Of a DNA stretch of 31,372 nt, positions 28,040 through 31,372 are shown in pieces; within the stretch, counting starts at the first letter, position 1; every line of letters starts with the position of its first letter. A model generated the notes under the pieces. It saw nothing but the letters and a program-made list of their open reading frames with translations. It did no database searches and was not told the origin of the DNA. A program made the translations under genes and the position numbers. Origin of the DNA: Leptolyngbyaceae cyanobacterium (GTDB lineage: Bacteria; Cyanobacteriota; Cyanobacteriia; Phormidesmidales; Phormidesmidaceae). The DNA lies in NCBI GenBank assembly GCA_050331235.1, contig JBHJHA010000116.1, forward strand, positions 1 through 31,372. Direction: 5' to 3'.

Positions 28040-28465
28040 ACTTTAACGCAGTAAGTAATAAAACAGGAATTTACCGTTGCAGGGAGAGAATATGCAACTA
28101 CTAACATTTCTTTAGTATTGAGTCGAATCACGTTGCAGAATTGAGAACCCCACCCTCATCTAGATAACAATCAACTATCCTGGTGACGATAATTGCCTCA
28201 GTAACGGCGAGCACCAATAGCACCGATACTCCATGTATTCAGTAAAGATTTTGTGTTATTTGATACCCTGGGGTTGGGCTTTGCAACCACGCATAAACGG
28301 TTACCCTGAACTCTTTTGCCGTGGCACACCCACAGCTACCTTGAAACGTTAATCTAAATCTAGCGAGTTAGACCTAAGCACGATTCCTCTCAATCAGGTT
28401 CTGCCTATCTGCATCTGCTCTTGGCCCTAGAGCATTTTTCAGATTGCCCCTTCTGTACGATTTGC

Positions 28466-29422
28466 ATGACATCACCCGCTTTTTCCCCCGATTGGCTCAA
28501 ACAGTTTTCTGATCCCTACGCGGTTCTGGGGGTTTCAGTGGCAGCTGATGAGCGACGCATCGCCAAGCGCTATCGTCAGATAGCAAAGCATTTGCATCCA
28601 GATCAGCAAATTGGCAAGCCAGAGGAAACCCGCGAATTTACTAATGTTGTGCTGACGCGATTGGTAAACCCGGCTTATCAGCGCCTCAAGCAAGATAAAG
28701 GCCGAGCCGAAACCCTAGCGACGTTGCGGTTTAAGGTTCGTCGTCTGACTCGCGAAGGTAAACTCAATCCCCAGGAAACGCTTTCTCAGCAATTGTTGCA
28801 AATTGATGAGGCGGAGGTGGAGGTTTTTTATGAGAAAGCGCTATCAGAGATTTCTGAAAGCCAATATACCTCGGTAGCGTCTTTTGCTACTAAAACCGAG
28901 GCTATTGCAGAACTCAATTTGATTTATCTGCGACGCAAAATGGGCGATCCCGTGATTCGTGAAAAGCGGAGTGGACTCATGTCCCCAGCTACGGTGACCC
29001 ACGCTGCTTCGACGACCACTCCCACAGCTGCAGCTGCTAACACAAAAGACGCTCCTCAAGTTGATTATGCCCAGCGCCATGTCGCCCGGGCTAAAACTTA
29101 CATTGCCGGCAAGTCCTATGCCGAAGCAGTGCAAGAACTGCGTGATGCAGTGCGAATTGAGCCGAATAACAGCAACTATCACACTATGTTGGGCCAAGCC
29201 TATATGATGCAAAAAATGGTTGGCATGGCCAAAGTCCACATTCGACAAGCACTCAGGCTCGATGCCAAGAATCCGATCGCTCAAAAATATGCTAAGCAGC
29301 TAAATGTTGACATTGCTGCCGCAACCAACCCACCCCATGCGCGCTCTTCAAGCAATGGCAATGGCAAAAGCAAGCGCGGCGGTCTGTTCAATTTATTTGC
29401 TTTTAATAAAGCAAATAAGTAG
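28466..29422 (+). CDS. DnaJ-domain / TPR protein
   Basis: DPYAVLGV...LHPD J-domain and C-terminal TPRs; ATG at 28466. Confidence 0.9.
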   Translation: MTSPAFSPDWLKQFSDPYAVLGVSVAADERRIAKRYRQIAKHLHPDQQIGKPEETREFTNVVLTRLVNPAYQRLKQDKGRAETLATLRFKVRRLTREGKLNPQETLSQQLLQIDEAEVEVFYEKALSEISESQYTSVASFATKTEAIAELNLIYLRRKMGDPVIREKRSGLMSPATVTHAASTTTPTAAAANTKDAPQVDYAQRHVARAKTYIAGKSYAEAVQELRDAVRIEPNNSNYHTMLGQAYMMQKMVGMAKVHIRQALRLDAKNPIAQKYAKQLNVDIAAATNPPHARSSSNGNGKSKRGGLFNLFAFNKANK

Positions 29423-29617
29423 GGTTTTCTCCCATTGGCCTAGATGTGTTGGTCTTTTAAAGTTAAATAACTAACCCAACTTTCAGAAACTGCTTGATTG
29501 TGATATCCACATCGCCCTGAGAAATTTGAGCAAACGGGTTTCCAAATTGTCAGATAGCTACTTTCGCTGTTGCCGTTAGATAGACCTCTTTTCGTAAATT
29601 GATTGATAATACGCATC

Positions 29618-29938
29618 ATGGGAATTTTTGATTCTGAAATTGTTCAACAAGAAGCAATGTCTCTATTTCAGGATTATCAAAATCTGGTAGAGATGGGTGG
29701 TCGCTATGGCAAGTTCGATCGCGAAGGCAAAAAGCTTTATATTCAACAAATGGAAGATGTTTTAGAACGCTATCGCATCTTTATGAAACGATTTGAACTC
29801 TCTGATGATTTCATGGCGAAAATGACGGTTGAGCAGCTAAAAACCCAGCTCAGCCAAGCGGGTATGACGCCCCAACAGATGTTTGAGCAAATGCACCTCA
29901 CCCTGGAGAGAATGAAATCGGAGATCGGTGAGTATTAG
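29618..29938 (+). CDS. Conserved cyanobacterial protein (DUF1825-like)
   Basis: MGIFDSEIVQQEA...YGKFDREGKK...FMKRFELSDDF pattern; ATG at 29618. Confidence 0.85.
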   Translation: MGIFDSEIVQQEAMSLFQDYQNLVEMGGRYGKFDREGKKLYIQQMEDVLERYRIFMKRFELSDDFMAKMTVEQLKTQLSQAGMTPQQMFEQMHLTLERMKSEIGEY

Positions 29939-29969
29939 TCGTTGGCTGACTGGTCTTGTGCGGCCCGAC

Positions 29970-30578
29970 TTATGCTTCTAAAGCAGAGCGACCATTGAAG
30001 GTACTCATGGCCGCTTCTGACCCTTTGCGTAGCATGACTTCAGTAGCTTCCACGGCCCAATCAATGGACGTTTTGACAAGCTGCTTCTCATCGGGTGCAA
30101 ACTTACCTAGAACGTGGGCAACAACTGCGCGATCGCGGTCTTCTCCCTTTTGAGTGCTGCCGATGCCAACGCGTAAGCGAGGGAATTCTTGGGTCCCCAA
30201 ATGGCTAATTAGGGACTTCATCCCATTGTGCCCACCAGCCGAACCACTCGGGCGAATGCGTAGCTTACCAATAGGCAAGGCCATATCGTCATAGACCACC
30301 AGCACCGCAGCTGCTTCGAACTTGTACCAATCTAAAACAGCTCGGACAGCCTGCCCAGAACGGTTCATATAGGTGGTCGGTTTAAGCAAAGCGATTTTGT
30401 GGCCGGCAATTGCCATCCCCTCACCGTAGATGCCGTGAAATTTGCGGTGCTCAGTGAGAGCGATTTGCCACCGCTGAGCCAATGCATCAATGACGTCAAA
30501 ACCGACATTGTGGCGAGTCTGGACATATTTGGTGCCTGGGTTGCCCAAACCTACGATTAACCGTAGAGAATCCGTCAT
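29970..30578 (-). CDS. pth: Peptidyl-tRNA hydrolase
   Basis: LIVGLGNPG, TRHNVG, KPTTYMNRSG, GGHNGMKS, RLRVGIG. Confidence 0.97.
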   Translation of the reverse strand: MTDSLRLIVGLGNPGTKYVQTRHNVGFDVIDALAQRWQIALTEHRKFHGIYGEGMAIAGHKIALLKPTTYMNRSGQAVRAVLDWYKFEAAAVLVVYDDMALPIGKLRIRPSGSAGGHNGMKSLISHLGTQEFPRLRVGIGSTQKGEDRDRAVVAHVLGKFAPDEKQLVKTSIDWAVEATEVMLRKGSEAAMSTFNGRSALEA

Positions 30579-30645
30579 TACTTAAATCGCCTATACCGCT
30601 ACGGTTAGCTATCCATGGCTGCAATCCGCATTTTTTAGAATGCGA

Positions 30646-30966
30646 TTAAGCGGACGTCTTTGAGGAGTCGGCTACCGGTTCATCCGCGATCGCTGCAGCT
30701 TCATTGGATGCTGCCGATGTTGACTCCACCGCATCTTGCGGAAGCGCTTTTGGGTCAGGCCGCTCAATTTCCGCCTTCATCGATTTCTCTAGCTCAGCCG
30801 ACTCCCGCTTGAGTTCGCTTTCAAACTCCTGCTGGGCTTTTTTAAAGCTGCCTAAGGCCTGAGCCAAACTGCGACCGATTTCCGGTAGTTTTTTGGGGCC
30901 AAACACCAGCAAAGCCACAACTAAAATGATGGCCATTTCTGGCAGTCCGATACCAAAGATATTCAT
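30646..30966 (-). CDS. tatA: Twin-arginine translocase subunit TatA/E
   Basis: FGIGLPEM...LVFGPKKLPEIGRSL. Confidence 0.93.
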   Translation of the reverse strand: MNIFGIGLPEMAIILVVALLVFGPKKLPEIGRSLAQALGSFKKAQQEFESELKRESAELEKSMKAEIERPDPKALPQDAVESTSAASNEAAAIADEPVADSSKTSA

Positions 30967-31046
30967 AAACGATGCTCCTTACCGCAAAGGGTCTATTTAC
31001 ACGTTATCGCAAGGGGCTCATGGGAGTCTGGCGAAAGCAAAACAAA

Positions 31047-31074
31047 GGGGCAGAAGGATTAATTCTTCTGCCCC
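31047..31074 (-). terminator. Intrinsic terminator / stabilising hairpin after psbH
   Basis: GGGGCAGAAG...CTTCTGCCCC stem followed on the minus strand by TTTGTTTT. Confidence 0.75.
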
Positions 31075-31103
31075 CAGTGATGCTTGTTTGGTTGCAGTCG
31101 CGC

Positions 31104-31307
31104 TTAGATGCCTAAACTACGCCAGTCGACATCGACGTTCTGCAGGATCAAAGAGGAATTGTAAAGCTGAAGAATGATTAGCAGAAAGACGAAGAATAGC
31201 CCCATAAAAACTGCCATGACCGGGGTAGTGCCCCAGCCGGGAGTTACTTTACCGTATTCAGAGTTAAGGGGCTTAAGCAAGTTGCCCAGCCGCGTTTGTT
31301 GTGACAT
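31104..31307 (-). CDS. psbH: Photosystem II subunit PsbH
   Basis: [31 protein letters not shown]...; ATG at 31307. Confidence 0.97.
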   Translation of the reverse strand: MSQQTRLGNLLKPLNSEYGKVTPGWGTTPVMAVFMGLFFVFLLIILQLYNSSLILQNVDVDWRSLGI

Positions 31308-31372
31308 CGGTATCCTGAACCTATACGCCACTATATATTCCGATATATTTAAGAATGATAAGGTGTTATCAA

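Larger units (their letters stand above)
2683..30693. repeat. Dispersed HIP1 octamers (GCGATCGC)
   Basis: Many copies in core genes (e.g. 2683, 7103, 8239, 8328, 11092); none noticed by eye within the IS transposase genes. Confidence 0.85.

Noticed and set aside
28240..28270. NtcA-like GTG-N8-TAC in the divergent intergenic region
   Set aside because: Imperfect match to GTA-N8-TAC and expected by chance
5328..30153. Numerous short ORFs antisense or out of frame within long genes
   Set aside because: Shadow ORFs of well-supported CDSs
22357..30966. Tat-signal PotD near tatA
   Set aside because: tatA belongs to the usual psbH-tatA-pth cluster 7 kb away; no evidence of a link

Overview
Cyanobacterial chromosomal window, judged from psbH, nblB, ldpA and frequent HIP1 GCGATCGC octamers. 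It starts at the 3' end of an rRNA operon: 5S rRNA followed by a perfect 56-bp palindrome. A small variable patch follows, with an IS982-family element interrupted by an intact IS256-family element, an orphan ORF and two gene remnants. Next come nblB and a large orphan CBS-PAS-GAF-PAS histidine kinase. The most notable unannotated structure lies between the kinase and tRNA-Gly(CCC): a 1735-bp segment (9079-10813) bounded by ~50-bp TGT...ACA inverted ends built from repeated ~18-20-bp motifs, ending 5 bp from the tRNA 3' end. It looks like a non-autonomous Tn7-like/TnsB-type mini-transposon of ~300 bp that later received an IS4-family element, a ~90-bp MITE and a 19-bp duplication. The rest is ordinary core genome: RND efflux pair, TPR protein, ycf45-like AAA/R3H gene, ldpA, potA-D-B-C, mrdA, HhH and NINE/TM2 genes, DnaJ-TPR, DUF1825, pth, tatA and psbH.
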